From NCBI GenBank assembly GCA_965228895.1, contig OZ245842.1, forward strand, positions 3,904,001 through 3,968,000: a stretch of 64,000 nucleotides of DNA. The letters run 5' to 3'. Shown here one piece after another: positions 13,083-23,382 of the stretch. Numbering within the stretch: position 1 is the first letter of the stretch; the number at the start of each line of letters is the position of its first letter. The stretch is from Alphaproteobacteria bacterium (GTDB lineage: Bacteria; Pseudomonadota; Alphaproteobacteria; SP197). The translations under genes were made by a program, and so were the position numbers. The notes beneath the pieces were generated by a model. It did no database searches. It had not been told where the DNA came from and worked only from the letters and a program-made list of their open reading frames with translations.

Positions 13083-14300
13083 CTATCGCGCTAGCAGGCT
13101 GTCAGGCTCCAGAAGGACGTCCTTGATGACCTCGCCCTGCTCGCCGAGCGGCCCGATCAACTCGCCGTCGACCCGCACTTCCAGGCCGCCCGCGTTACCG
13201 GTTTTCAGCAAGATGTCGCCGCTGTTGGGCACGCGATAACTATCGCCGGGCGACAACACGCGGGTCAGCAGAACCTGGTTGCCCGGGGCCTCGATCTGGA
13301 CCCAACTGGTTTCGACGGCGCGCAACTCGACACGAGAGTCCGTGTTCGTGCGCCCATAGACCCGGGGAACGTAGTCGTCGTCGCCCGTCACGGCCGCGGT
13401 TTCGGCCAGCCCGGCGCCATCCTCGACCGTCGCGATGACATCCGTCTCAGAGTCGGTCGGCGGCAACGTATCGGCTTCGGTCTCGATGGCGTCAATCGCA
13501 ACAGTTTCGGTTGACTCCGTCGGCTCGGGCTCGATCAGGGCCACCTGTTCTGAGCCGACGGCGCTGCCGGCGTTCTGCTCCGACGCACTTGCCACGTTCT
13601 CACGCGCGATCGCGACATCGCCGACCTCGGCGCCGGCCGACAAACCATCGTCGGCCACCGCATCGTCGGGCGCGCCATCGGCAAACAGGGTTTCGATGTC
13701 GTCGCTACCGACGCCAGTATCCTCGCCACCGGCCACGTCGGCGGTCGCCGCGTCGTCACTGCCCGCAACAGCCAGGGCGACGCCGTCATCGCTGGATGTC
13801 TCGGCCAGGAAGTCGGGCACGGGCGGTACGTGTTCCAGGTCGACAAGATCGCGCTCGCCGACCACGTACCACGCCGCAAGCGCCACGACGGTGACCAGCA
13901 TCGCAATAGCGATCATGCGTCCGGTCGGGCGACGCGTCTCGCTCGCGGGCACGGGAAAATAGAGGTTCTGGCGCGCCAGCACGCCGCCTGACTCGTCTTT
14001 GTACAGGCGGACCAGTTCTTCGCCATCCAGGCCCAGGTGCTTGCCATAGGTGCGCACAAAGCCGGCGACATAGGTCGGTCCCGGCAAATCGTCGAAACGG
14101 GCATCTTCGAGTGCTTGAAGGTAATCGAGGCGGATATGCAGCACTGCTGCGACATCTTCGAGCTCGAGACCTTTGGAGAGACGCGCCGATACCAGCTGGT
14201 CGGCAATGCGGCGCGGCGCCGTCTCCGCGTTCACGTCACGAAACGGCGTGACGTTGCTGTCGTCAGCCGTCGGATCGGCCCGTTCCGGTGTCTGTGTCAT
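13083..14300 (-). CDS. rodZ: RodZ-like HTH/TM/DUF4115 cell-shape protein
   Basis: N-terminal HTH (YLQALE...YVAGFVRTYG), single TM, acidic linker, C-terminal DUF4115 (KTGNAGGL); adjacent to ispG. Confidence 0.85.
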   Translation of the reverse strand: MTQTPERADPTADDSNVTPFRDVNAETAPRRIADQLVSARLSKGLELEDVAAVLHIRLDYLQALEDARFDDLPGPTYVAGFVRTYGKHLGLDGEELVRLYKDESGGVLARQNLYFPVPASETRRPTGRMIAIAMLVTVVALAAWYVVGERDLVDLEHVPPVPDFLAETSSDDGVALAVAGSDDAATADVAGGEDTGVGSDDIETLFADGAPDDAVADDGLSAGAEVGDVAIARENVASASEQNAGSAVGSEQVALIEPEPTESTETVAIDAIETEADTLPPTDSETDVIATVEDGAGLAETAAVTGDDDYVPRVYGRTNTDSRVELRAVETSWVQIEAPGNQVLLTRVLSPGDSYRVPNSGDILLKTGNAGGLEVRVDGELIGPLGEQGEVIKDVLLEPDSLLAR

Positions 14301-14399
14301 GGCGCTGTCAAAACCCGACCGCAGGGCCCCTCGTCCCTGGAGATACGGTATCCAACCCTAGCATTGGCGCCAAATTGCGGCAAATCGTGAGGCGTCGAC

Positions 14400-15425
14400 T
14401 CAGGTTTCAAGCGCGGAGGCCGCCTGATTGACCAGTTCGGCCAGGATCTCGGCGGTCGGCTGTTCGGCCGTCACCAAACCAACGCTTTGACCGGCCATCA
14501 GCGAACCGGACTCGACATCGCCGTCGATCACGGCGCGGCGCAACGCCCCGGCCCAGAAATGCTCGATCTCGAGCTGGGCTGCCTTCTGGTCCAGTTCACC
14601 GCCGTCGAAGCGCTCGATGACCTCGCGCTGCTTGTCGAGAAACTCCTTCGTCGCCGCGTTGGTCAGCGCGCGCACCGGAATAACCGGAAAGCGCGGGTCA
14701 AGCTGAACCGACGGCTGGGCGTCGCGCGCGGCGGCACGGATAAAGCTGCGTTTGAAATCGCCGTGGGCGATTGACTCGGTGGCGCAGACGAACCGCGTGC
14801 CCAGCTGCACACCGACGGCGCCCATGGTGAGGTACGTGGCAATCGCCTCGCCCCGGCCGATGCCGCCGGCAACAAACACGGGCACGTCCTCGATATGCGG
14901 CAGAATCTCCTGGGCCAGCACGCCGGTGGCGACCGGACCGATATGGCCGCCGGCCTCCATGCCCTCAATGACGATCCCATCAATGCCGTCGCGGACCAGC
15001 TTGCGCGCGATGGCCAACGCCGGTGCGAAGCCAATCACCTTGGCACCGCGCGCCTTAACACGGGCGATGGTGTTCGATGACGGCAAACCACCGGCAAGCA
15101 CGATGTGGCTGACAGTGTGATCACCACAAACGTCGATCAGCGCGTCGAGATCGGGATGCATGGTGATGAGATTGACGCCGAAGGGTGCTCCCGTCAGGGC
15201 GCGTGTCGCCTCGATCTCAGCAGCCAGCAGATCCGGTGTCATGGCGCCGCAGGCGATTACGCCGAACCCACCGCCATTGGAAATTGCCGCCACCAGATTC
15301 CGCTCGGAAACCCAGGTCATGGCGCCGCCCATGATCGCGTGATCGACGCCCAGAAGATCGCGGCCGCGGGCCCAAAGCTGGTCGAGCCGAGCGCGACCTG
15401 GTGACGCTTTCAACAACCGGTTCAA
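14400..15425 (-). CDS. Nitronate monooxygenase / FabK-like FMN-dependent oxidoreductase
   Basis: GGAMTWVS, EGMEAGGHIG, AGGIGRG, GTRF, GSLMAGQSVG motifs. Confidence 0.88.
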   Translation of the reverse strand: MNRLLKASPGRARLDQLWARGRDLLGVDHAIMGGAMTWVSERNLVAAISNGGGFGVIACGAMTPDLLAAEIEATRALTGAPFGVNLITMHPDLDALIDVCGDHTVSHIVLAGGLPSSNTIARVKARGAKVIGFAPALAIARKLVRDGIDGIVIEGMEAGGHIGPVATGVLAQEILPHIEDVPVFVAGGIGRGEAIATYLTMGAVGVQLGTRFVCATESIAHGDFKRSFIRAAARDAQPSVQLDPRFPVIPVRALTNAATKEFLDKQREVIERFDGGELDQKAAQLEIEHFWAGALRRAVIDGDVESGSLMAGQSVGLVTAEQPTAEILAELVNQAASALET

Positions 15426-16642
15426 TCCACGTCCAGGCCGTAGGCCGTGTGAAGCGCGCGCAGCGCCAGCTCCAGGTAATCCTCGGAAATCAAAACACTG
15501 ATTTTGATTTCCGATGTCGAGATCAGTTGAATGTTGATGCCACGCCCGGCGAGCGCATCAAACATGGTGCGCGCGACACCGGCGTGACTGCGCATGCCGA
15601 CGCCGATCACAGAGACCTTCACCACGTTGGCATCCGGCGCGAAACGCTGCGCGCCCAGCTTGTCGTTATCTTTTTCGAGCAGATCGAGGGTGCGGTCCAA
15701 ATCGGACTTGGCGACGGTGAATGTCAGATCGGTGCGGTCGCCGTCCTCGGAGATGTTCTGGACGATCATGTCGACGTTGATGTTAGCGTCGGCTAAGGGC
15801 CCGAACAGGCTGGCAGCGACGCCGGGCCTATCCGGCAGGCCGATGATGGTGATTTTAGCGTCATCGCGGCTATAGGCGATGCCACTGACAACTTGTTGCT
15901 CCACGATTTCGTCCTCGTCGACGACAAGCGTGCCCGGCGTGTCGGTGAAGGTTGAGAGAACTTGCAACCGCACATGATGGTTCATGGCGGTAGCGACAGA
16001 CCGCGTGTGCAAGACCTTGGCGCCCTGGGACGCCAGTTCCAGCATTTCCTCATAGGTGATCTTATCGAGCTTGCGCGCCTTGGCAACGATCCGGGGATCG
16101 CACGTAAAGACGCCCTCGACATCGGTGAAGATGTCGCAGCGCTCTGCGCCCAGTGCGGCGGCCAGCGCCACGGCGCTCAAATCCGACCCGCCGCGGCCCA
16201 AGGTCGTCACGCGCCCGACGTCGCCGAGGCCTTGAAAACCGGTCACCACGGCGACTTGGCCGTTCGCCAGCCGCTCCTTCAACACACCTGTCTCGATGCG
16301 TTGGATACGGGCGGCGCCATAGACGTCGTCGGTCTGGACCGGAATCTGCCACCCCGTCCACGACCGGGCATCAATACCAAGCTGCTGCAGCGCAATCGCC
16401 ATCAGGCCGGCTGTGACCTGCTCGCCGCTGGAGACGACGGCATCGTATTCGCGCGCGTCGTGAACCGGCGCCATGGTGCGCACCAACTCGACCAGGCGGT
16501 TGGTCTCGCCGCCCATAGCCGACACAACGACCGCGACCTGGTCGCCCCGGTCGACGGCTTCTTTGACGCGTGTCGCGGCGTGGCGGATGCGATCGATACC
16601 GCCAACCGACGTCCCGCCGAATTTCTGAACGATGACGGCCAT
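15422..16642 (-). CDS. lysC: Aspartate kinase
   Basis: QKFGGTSV, TTLGRGGSD, two ACT domains, STSEIKIS. Confidence 0.97.
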   Translation of the reverse strand: MAVIVQKFGGTSVGGIDRIRHAATRVKEAVDRGDQVAVVVSAMGGETNRLVELVRTMAPVHDAREYDAVVSSGEQVTAGLMAIALQQLGIDARSWTGWQIPVQTDDVYGAARIQRIETGVLKERLANGQVAVVTGFQGLGDVGRVTTLGRGGSDLSAVALAAALGAERCDIFTDVEGVFTCDPRIVAKARKLDKITYEEMLELASQGAKVLHTRSVATAMNHHVRLQVLSTFTDTPGTLVVDEDEIVEQQVVSGIAYSRDDAKITIIGLPDRPGVAASLFGPLADANINVDMIVQNISEDGDRTDLTFTVAKSDLDRTLDLLEKDNDKLGAQRFAPDANVVKVSVIGVGMRSHAGVARTMFDALAGRGINIQLISTSEIKISVLISEDYLELALRALHTAYGLDVD

Positions 16643-16670
16643 GTCAGGTCTGTTTCATGGATCGGTTGCC

Positions 16671-16733
16671 AGAGCGGATCGTGGTTAGGTGGAACCGGGT
16701 ACCCGGTTCCACCTAACCACGTGAATCCGCTCT
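16671..16733. repeat. Palindromic element A (AGAGCGGAT...ATCCGCTCT) with a perfect 42-bp internal palindrome
   Basis: 16680-16721 CGTGGTTAGGTGGAACCGGGT|ACCCGGTTCCACCTAACCACG is self-complementary, and the flanking 9-bp arms also pair. Confidence 0.85.
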
Positions 16734-16744
16734 CCATCTATTGA

Positions 16745-16808
16745 TAGAGCAGATTCACCCGTCTTGATGGAATCGCAAAGTGATTCCATCAAGACGGGAT
16801 CTGCTCTA
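16745..16808. repeat. Palindromic element B (TAGAGCAGAT...ATCTGCTCTA), RIME/Bru-RS-like
   Basis: TAGAGCAGAT-tca-CCCGTCTTGATGGAATC-gcaaagt-GATTCCATCAAGACGGG-ATCTGCTCTA; same termini as element A in opposite orientation. Confidence 0.85.
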
Positions 16809-16859
16809 AGGCCGGAAATAGCGCTTCCCGGCCGGAAAGCGGCCCTACATACTCTCGCG

Positions 16860-17645
16860 ATGATAGCGAAGCAAGCCGTCGCCCCCGCACCCGGCAAACG
16901 GCCATCAACGGTCGATCCGAACGAAGTCGACCAGTTTGACGCCCTGGCCGACCGCTGGTGGGACCCGACGGGACCCTTCCGGCCCCTGCACCGACTGACG
17001 CCGGCCCGCCTTACCTATGTTCGTGACCGCATTGCCACACATTTTGGTCTGGAAACTGGCCGAAATGAGCCATTTTCCGGGCTGCGTGGCGTCGATATCG
17101 GCTGCGGCGGCGGCCTGGCCAGCGAACCCCTTACCCGTCTGGGCATGGCGATGACCGGTGTCGACGCCGGCGCGAACAACATCGGCGCCGCCCAGGCACA
17201 CGCCAAAGGCCAAGGCTTGGTCATCGATTATCGCTGCACAACGGCCGAGGACGTTGCCGCAAACGGAGAACGGTTCGACGTCGTTCTGGCCCTTGAAATC
17301 ATAGAACACGTGGCCGATCGGGGCGCTTTTGTCCGGGCTTGTTGCGAACTGGCAACACCTGGCGGCCTGATCATCCTGTCGACGCTCAACCGCACGGCGA
17401 AAGCCTTTGGCCTGGCTATCGTGGGCGCGGAGTATGTTTTGCGCTGGCTGCCGCGTGGCAGTCACGATTGGCGCAAGTTTGTTCGGCCATCGGAACTAGC
17501 CCGCGATCTGCGCACGGCCGGCGCCAAACCGACCGACACAAAAGGCCTCGTCTTCGATATTGTCGCCAACGAATGGCGGCTTGCCGGCGATCTCGACGTC
17601 AACTATTTCATGACCGCCGTTTTGGATGCCCATAATGGAAGCTGA
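16860..17645 (+). CDS. ubiG: Ubiquinone biosynthesis O-methyltransferase UbiG
   Basis: WWDPTGPFRPLH, DIGCGGG, LEIIEHV, STLNRT, GSHDWRKF. Start moved to ATG 16860 because the longer ORF reads through a repeat. Confidence 0.93.
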   Translation: MIAKQAVAPAPGKRPSTVDPNEVDQFDALADRWWDPTGPFRPLHRLTPARLTYVRDRIATHFGLETGRNEPFSGLRGVDIGCGGGLASEPLTRLGMAMTGVDAGANNIGAAQAHAKGQGLVIDYRCTTAEDVAANGERFDVVLALEIIEHVADRGAFVRACCELATPGGLIILSTLNRTAKAFGLAIVGAEYVLRWLPRGSHDWRKFVRPSELARDLRTAGAKPTDTKGLVFDIVANEWRLAGDLDVNYFMTAVLDAHNGS

Positions 17646-17775
17646 TACACGCAGATTGGCGTAACCGGGCCGAATATGTGACGATAGGCGGTTCTTGGGA
17701 CGTAGCAATTGTTGACGAGCCAGGGTGGTTCACCGATCGCGGGGCAAACGACAATCGGGGCATCTCGAGCAGGTC

Positions 17776-19983
17776 ATGGCCGTGGCGACAGTAGAGCAGG
17801 CTGATCTAAGGCGCAGGCGCGAACGGCGCACGATCTGCGCCATTGTCGCCATTTGGGGCTTGGCAATGGTGCTCATGCTGGGTGCCGTTGCCTGGCTCGA
17901 CGAACGCGCGGTGCGGCGCGAAGAAGCGACCTTTAATCACCAGCAATTCCTGGTGACGCAGATCGCCGCGCGCGCCATCCACGATCAGATCCAGAACATG
18001 GTGATCCGTCATGGCAACCTGCTCAGCCTGCAGGTCGCGACCTTGATGTCGAGCTCGACGGTGACGCCCGAGGCGCTCGCCCGTTTCATGGACGCCAATC
18101 GCAACTCGACGGAACTGTCTCTGCTCTTGTTTAACAGCTCAGGACAGCTACGCGCGGAATCCTCAACCAACATGCTGGCCGATCAGGACGTTCTGACCAG
18201 CCTGGGCATCTGGGCCCAGGAAGCGTGGGAAGCGCCGGCGCCCCAAGGCGATACACCGCCCGATGCCGCAATCTTCGCCGACATGCGACAGCGCTCGCTC
18301 GCCATTCGCTATCCGCTGCTCGACGGCACCAGCGTGGTTGGCGTGCTGGTCGTTGTCTTCGACCTGGACAATCTGATCGAGCGCTTTGTGACACCGCTGG
18401 AAGAAGGCCGCTTCGGCGCCAGCATCGTGCTCGCGAGCGATGGGTCGGTGGTCTACGACAAGGTAACCGAGAACATCGGGCGCAATGTCTTCGACGGCCT
18501 GCACGAAGGTTTCCCTGAACTGCTCAGGCTCGACGAAAAGCTTCTGTCGCAGTCGTCGGGCATGGACGAATACGACTTGCGCGGTCAGCCCGGCGGACAG
18601 GCCAAACGCATGCTGGTCGCCTGGAACAGCGTCGACCTAGGCGACGCCAGCATCGTCATCGCGCTTTCCTCACCCGACGCCCAGATTGCCGAGGCCCTGT
18701 CGGAACTGCGTCTGCAATACGTGCTGGCAGGTATCATCGTCGCGGTCGCCATGGTGATGCTCGGCGTCCTGGTACTGCGTTTGCGTCACACCGACTTGCG
18801 CGTCGCCGCCGACGAGTTGCAGCGTCAGGTCGACGTGAGAACCGGCGAACTGGAAGCCAGCGAGACCAAGTATCGGGCGCTGGTCGAAGCCTCGACCCAG
18901 GGCATCACCATCCGTCGCGATGGCAAATTTCTGTTTTCAAATCAAGCGTTTGCCGATATTCACGGCTATCAGAAACCCAGCGATGTCATGGCGCTTGAGT
19001 CCATCGACGATACGGTCGCGGAGGACGATCGCGACAAGCTGCACGAACTGCAGCGACGGTTCGTCCTGACTCATGAGACCGGTGCTTACGAATACCAGGG
19101 CCTGCGCAAGGATGGCAGCACGGTCTGGCTCGAAGCGCGCAACAGCACGGTGCCGTGGGAAGGCGAGGATGCCATGCAGTGCATCGTCGCCGACATCACC
19201 GAGCGCAAGCGCGCCGAGCAGGAGCTGATCTCCGCCAACGTCAATCTGGAGCAGGCCAACCAGGCGAAATCGGATTTCCTGTCGCGCATGAGCCATGAGT
19301 TGAGAACGCCGCTCAACGCCATCATCGGTTTTTCCGAGACCATGTTAAGCGAGGTCTTCGGACCGATCGGCTCCGACCGTTACCGCGACTATGTCAACGA
19401 CATCCACTACAGCGGCACGCACCTTCTGACCCTGATCAACGACGTCTTGGACGTCGCGCGCATCGAGCAGGGCGAGCTCAGGCTAAACGACGATATCGTC
19501 GACATCAGCGACATCGTGCGCACGTCGATCCGCCTGATGGAACCGATCGCAGCACGCGAGAGCATCGGGCTTGAAGTCGATATCGATGATGACCTGCCGA
19601 CCCTGCACGGCGATCGTCGCGCAGTCCGCCAGATCGTTTTCAACCTGTTGTCCAACGCGGTGAAGTTCACCGATAGTGGCGGCACCGTCACCGCCCATGT
19701 CTACCAGGCCCCGGGCGGCGAGATCACCGTGGTGGTTGAAGACACCGGCATCGGCATCCCGGCGACCGCACTCGCCAACATCACCGAGCCCTTTGTCCAG
19801 GCCGCCACTGGTGAGCGCCAATACCAGGGTTCCGGCCTTGGCCTGACCATCGTCAAGGCGCTGATCGAGATGCATGGCGGCACCTTGACGATAGACAGCC
19901 AGGAAGGCGAAGGCACCACAGTGACCGCCATCTTCCCCGCCGAGCGCGTCACCATGCCGGCAAGGAAATTGACCGCGACCTGA
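17776..19983 (+). CDS. Membrane sensor histidine kinase (Cache-PAS-HisKA-HATPase), PleC/DivJ/PdhS-like H-box
   Basis: Two TMs flanking a periplasmic domain, PAS/PAC, MSHELRTPLNAIIGFSE, NLLSNAVKFT, GSGLGL. Start uncertain (17725 or 17776). Confidence 0.9.
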   Translation: MAVATVEQADLRRRRERRTICAIVAIWGLAMVLMLGAVAWLDERAVRREEATFNHQQFLVTQIAARAIHDQIQNMVIRHGNLLSLQVATLMSSSTVTPEALARFMDANRNSTELSLLLFNSSGQLRAESSTNMLADQDVLTSLGIWAQEAWEAPAPQGDTPPDAAIFADMRQRSLAIRYPLLDGTSVVGVLVVVFDLDNLIERFVTPLEEGRFGASIVLASDGSVVYDKVTENIGRNVFDGLHEGFPELLRLDEKLLSQSSGMDEYDLRGQPGGQAKRMLVAWNSVDLGDASIVIALSSPDAQIAEALSELRLQYVLAGIIVAVAMVMLGVLVLRLRHTDLRVAADELQRQVDVRTGELEASETKYRALVEASTQGITIRRDGKFLFSNQAFADIHGYQKPSDVMALESIDDTVAEDDRDKLHELQRRFVLTHETGAYEYQGLRKDGSTVWLEARNSTVPWEGEDAMQCIVADITERKRAEQELISANVNLEQANQAKSDFLSRMSHELRTPLNAIIGFSETMLSEVFGPIGSDRYRDYVNDIHYSGTHLLTLINDVLDVARIEQGELRLNDDIVDISDIVRTSIRLMEPIAARESIGLEVDIDDDLPTLHGDRRAVRQIVFNLLSNAVKFTDSGGTVTAHVYQAPGGEITVVVEDTGIGIPATALANITEPFVQAATGERQYQGSGLGLTIVKALIEMHGGTLTIDSQEGEGTTVTAIFPAERVTMPARKLTAT

Positions 19984-20051
19984 TCGCCGTCCCATAAGGG
20001 CGCACGATTCCTCCCATCAGGGACAAGGCGACAAACCAGGCGGGGTAGACC

Positions 20052-21572
20052 ATGGACAAAATTGCAATCTTCGATCAGTTGGGCCTGAACGATCAGGACC
20101 TGCAGAACGACTACATGGCGGGCGGCGACCACGCGGTCACCAGCCCGATAGACGGCGCCGAACTGGCCCGCGTCAAGATGACATCACCGGATGATGTCGA
20201 CCGCATGGTCGCGCGGTCCGTCGAGGTTCAGCGCGCTTGGCGCAAGCTGACGCCGCCCCAGCGCGGCGAGGTGATCCGCCGCTTCGGCGACGAACTGCGC
20301 GCCCACAAGGATGCGCTTGGCGGCCTGGTCACGCTGGAAACCGGCAAGATCGTTGAAGAAGGCAAGGGCGAAGTGCAGGAGATGATCGACATCTGCGACT
20401 TCGCGCTTGGCCTGTCGCGCCAGCTCTATGGTCTCACCATCGCGTCGGAACGGCCCGGCCATCGCATGATGGAGACGTGGCACCCCCTGGGCGTTATCGG
20501 CTGTATCACCGCCTTCAACTTTCCCGTCGCCGTGTGGTCGTGGAACTTCTGCATCGCGGCGGTCTGCGGCAACACCATGGTGTGGAAGCCGTCGGAAAAG
20601 ACCCCGCTGACGGCGATCGCCTGCAAGCGCCTGTTGGGGCGTGCCGCCGATGCGTGTGACTTCGATGTGCCGTCGGACCTCGTCCAGATCGTCGTCGGCG
20701 CCCAGGAGGCCGGCGAACGTATGGTCGATAACCGCGACGTCGCGCTGGTCAGCGCCACCGGCAGCACGCGCATGGGATACGAGGTCGCGCCCCGCGTCGC
20801 CGGGCGCATGGGCCGTTACCTGCTGGAGCTGGGCGGCAACAACGCGGCCATCGTCGCGCCGACCGCCGATATCGATCTGACAGTACGCGGCATCGTGTTC
20901 TCGGCTGTCGGCACGGCAGGCCAGCGCTGCACCACACTGCGCCGTGTTATCGCCCACGACACCATCTATGACGCGCTGCTGACCCGTCTCAAGGCGGCCT
21001 ATGACAGCGTGCCCATCGGCAACCCCCTGGATGGCGGCAGCTTGGTCGGACCCATCATCGATGGGCGTTCGTTTCAGTCGATGCAGGCCGCGCTATCGCG
21101 CGCGATCGACGAAGGCGGGCGGATTCACGGCGGCGAGCGCGTGTTGGAGACCGAGTATCCCGGTGCCTATTACGTCAAGCCGGCGATCGCGGAGATGCCG
21201 TCGCAGACCGGCGTGGTCACCGAAGAGACCTTTGCGCCGATCCTATACACCATGCGCTACAGCGATTTCGCCGACGCCATCGCCATGCAGAACGACGTGC
21301 CCCAGGGCCTGTCATCCTGCGTCTTCACCAACGACCTTCGCGAAGCCGAAACCTTTGTCTCCGACGAAGGCAGTGATTGCGGCCTGGCCAATGTCAATAT
21401 CGGCCCGTCCGGTGCGGAAATCGGCGGCGCGTTCGGCGGCGAAAAGGATACCGGCGGCGGGCGCGAGTCCGGCTCCGATGCCTGGCGCGCCTACATGCGG
21501 CGCGCCACCAACACGGTCAACTTCTCGACGGAACTGCCGCTTGCCCAGGGTATCAGTTTCGATGTCGGCTGA
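20052..21572 (+). CDS. ALDH family 7 (AmaB/Pcd-like, piperideine-6-carboxylate dehydrogenase)
   Basis: GEVQEMIDICDFA, ELGGNNA, GTAGQRCT, GAEIGGAFGGEK, LPLAQGI signatures of ALDH7. Confidence 0.9.
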   Translation: MDKIAIFDQLGLNDQDLQNDYMAGGDHAVTSPIDGAELARVKMTSPDDVDRMVARSVEVQRAWRKLTPPQRGEVIRRFGDELRAHKDALGGLVTLETGKIVEEGKGEVQEMIDICDFALGLSRQLYGLTIASERPGHRMMETWHPLGVIGCITAFNFPVAVWSWNFCIAAVCGNTMVWKPSEKTPLTAIACKRLLGRAADACDFDVPSDLVQIVVGAQEAGERMVDNRDVALVSATGSTRMGYEVAPRVAGRMGRYLLELGGNNAAIVAPTADIDLTVRGIVFSAVGTAGQRCTTLRRVIAHDTIYDALLTRLKAAYDSVPIGNPLDGGSLVGPIIDGRSFQSMQAALSRAIDEGGRIHGGERVLETEYPGAYYVKPAIAEMPSQTGVVTEETFAPILYTMRYSDFADAIAMQNDVPQGLSSCVFTNDLREAETFVSDEGSDCGLANVNIGPSGAEIGGAFGGEKDTGGGRESGSDAWRAYMRRATNTVNFSTELPLAQGISFDVG

Positions 21573-21591
21573 GCCGGGCGGCGGTTAGCCG

Positions 21592-23379
21592 GTGACCGGC
21601 GACCAGATCGCAATCAGCGTCATCATCCTGGTAGCAGCAGCGCTGTTCATCTGGGGCCGCTGGCGCTACGACCTCGTCGCCTTTACCGCCTTGATTGCGG
21701 CCGTCTTGACCGGCGTGGTCAACAGCACGGCGGCCTTCGCCGGCTTCGGCCATCCCGCCGTCATCACGGTGCTGGCGGTGCTCGTCATCAGCCGCGGCCT
21801 GTTTAACTCCGGTGTCGTCGACATCATCGCGCGCACGGTCGTGCGCGCAAGCGCCAGTCCCTTCCTTCACGTCACCGTGCTGGCCGGTGTCGCGGCCTTT
21901 CTATCGGCGTTCATGAACAACGTCGCGGCGCTGGCGCTTTTGATGCCGGTCGCCCTGCAATCTTGCGCCAAGGTCGACCGCGCGCCGGCTCTGGTCTTGA
22001 TGCCGCTTTCCTTCGGCTCGATTCTGGGCGGCCTTGCAACACTGATCGGCACGCCACCCAACATCATCATTGCGTCCTATCGCGCCGAGAACCTGGGCGC
22101 AGGCTTCGGCATGTTCGACTTTACACCGGTCGGCGGTGTCGTCGCGGTGATCGGTGTTTTGTTCGTTGCGCTGGTGGGTTGGCGCCTGCTGCCCAAGGAC
22201 GTCAGAAGCCGCAATGTTCCCGCCGACCTGATCGCCATCGAAAACTACGTGACCGAAGCCAGCGTTGGCGAAGGTTCGAAGGCGATAGACCAACCGATCC
22301 ACGAGCTCGACGATACGCTGGAGGAACACGACACGCGGATCATCGGCCTGATCAGACAAGGCCGTCGCATCCTGAGTGCGGCGCGGCGCGAACACGTGCG
22401 CGAAGGCGACGTACTGATGCTTGAGGCAAGCCCCGAAGGTATCGCGGCCGCTGTCGCGGATCTGAAACTGGAACTGGTCGGCGACAAGGGTCAGGCAGCC
22501 GAACTCTTGACCGGCGCGAACGCCGTGATGGTCGAGGCCGTGGTTCAGCCACGCAGCCGGATCGAAGGCCACACGCCCAGCAGCCTGAGTCTGGGCCGCC
22601 AACACGATATCAATCTGTTGGCCGTATCACGCCAGGGCAGACCCCATCGCGGCCGCCTGCGCTCGTTCCGCTTCGAAGCCGGCGACGTTCTCCTGCTACA
22701 GGGCGAAAGCGAGGACATCCATACGGCGCTTGGCCGGCTCGGCTGTCTGCCTTTGACCATGCGCGAGGTTTCCATCGGCAAGCGCCGCATGATCCTGCCG
22801 GCCTTGGGTCTGTTCGTCGCCGCCGTCGCCGCCGCGGCGATGGGTCTTGTTGCCATCACCATCGCGTTTTCCGCCGTCATGATCGCCATGGTCTTGTTGC
22901 GCATGGTCAGCCTGCGCGAGCTCTATGACGCCGTCGACTGGCCCGTGCTGGTTTTGCTGGGCGCCATGATCCCGGTCGGCGGCGCGCTCGAGTCAACCGG
23001 CACGACAGCGCTCATCGCCAATGCCATCCTGTCTCTGGCGGGCGATCTCTCGCCGCTCATCCTGCTCGGCCTGGTTCTGGTCGTCACGATGACGCTGTCG
23101 GACATCATGAACAACGCAGCGACCGCCATCGTCATGGCGCCGATCGCCGTCGGCATCTCCAGCGCGTTGGGCGCCAACGCCGATCCGTTCTTGATGGCTG
23201 TCGCCATCGGCGCGTCCTGTGCGTTCCTGACACCCATCGGCCACCAGAACAACACGCTGATCATGGGTCCCGGCGGCTATCGGTTCGGCGACTACTGGCG
23301 CATGGGACTGCCGCTGGAGATCCTTATCGTTGTCGTTGCCGTGCCACTGATCTCGGTCGTCTGGCCCCTGGGAATCTGA
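21592..23379 (+). CDS. SLC13/DASS permease with TrkA-C (RCK-C) domains
   Basis: SAFMNN, TLIGTPPN, soluble central TrkA-C repeats, TPIGHQNN, GGYRFGDY. Confidence 0.9.
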   Translation: MTGDQIAISVIILVAAALFIWGRWRYDLVAFTALIAAVLTGVVNSTAAFAGFGHPAVITVLAVLVISRGLFNSGVVDIIARTVVRASASPFLHVTVLAGVAAFLSAFMNNVAALALLMPVALQSCAKVDRAPALVLMPLSFGSILGGLATLIGTPPNIIIASYRAENLGAGFGMFDFTPVGGVVAVIGVLFVALVGWRLLPKDVRSRNVPADLIAIENYVTEASVGEGSKAIDQPIHELDDTLEEHDTRIIGLIRQGRRILSAARREHVREGDVLMLEASPEGIAAAVADLKLELVGDKGQAAELLTGANAVMVEAVVQPRSRIEGHTPSSLSLGRQHDINLLAVSRQGRPHRGRLRSFRFEAGDVLLLQGESEDIHTALGRLGCLPLTMREVSIGKRRMILPALGLFVAAVAAAAMGLVAITIAFSAVMIAMVLLRMVSLRELYDAVDWPVLVLLGAMIPVGGALESTGTTALIANAILSLAGDLSPLILLGLVLVVTMTLSDIMNNAATAIVMAPIAVGISSALGANADPFLMAVAIGASCAFLTPIGHQNNTLIMGPGGYRFGDYWRMGLPLEILIVVVAVPLISVVWPLGI

Positions 23380-23382
23380 GTC

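Noticed and set aside
16764-16859. N-terminal extension of UbiG in the ORF track
   Set aside because: It reads through palindromic element B; UbiG-like sequence begins after ATG 16860.
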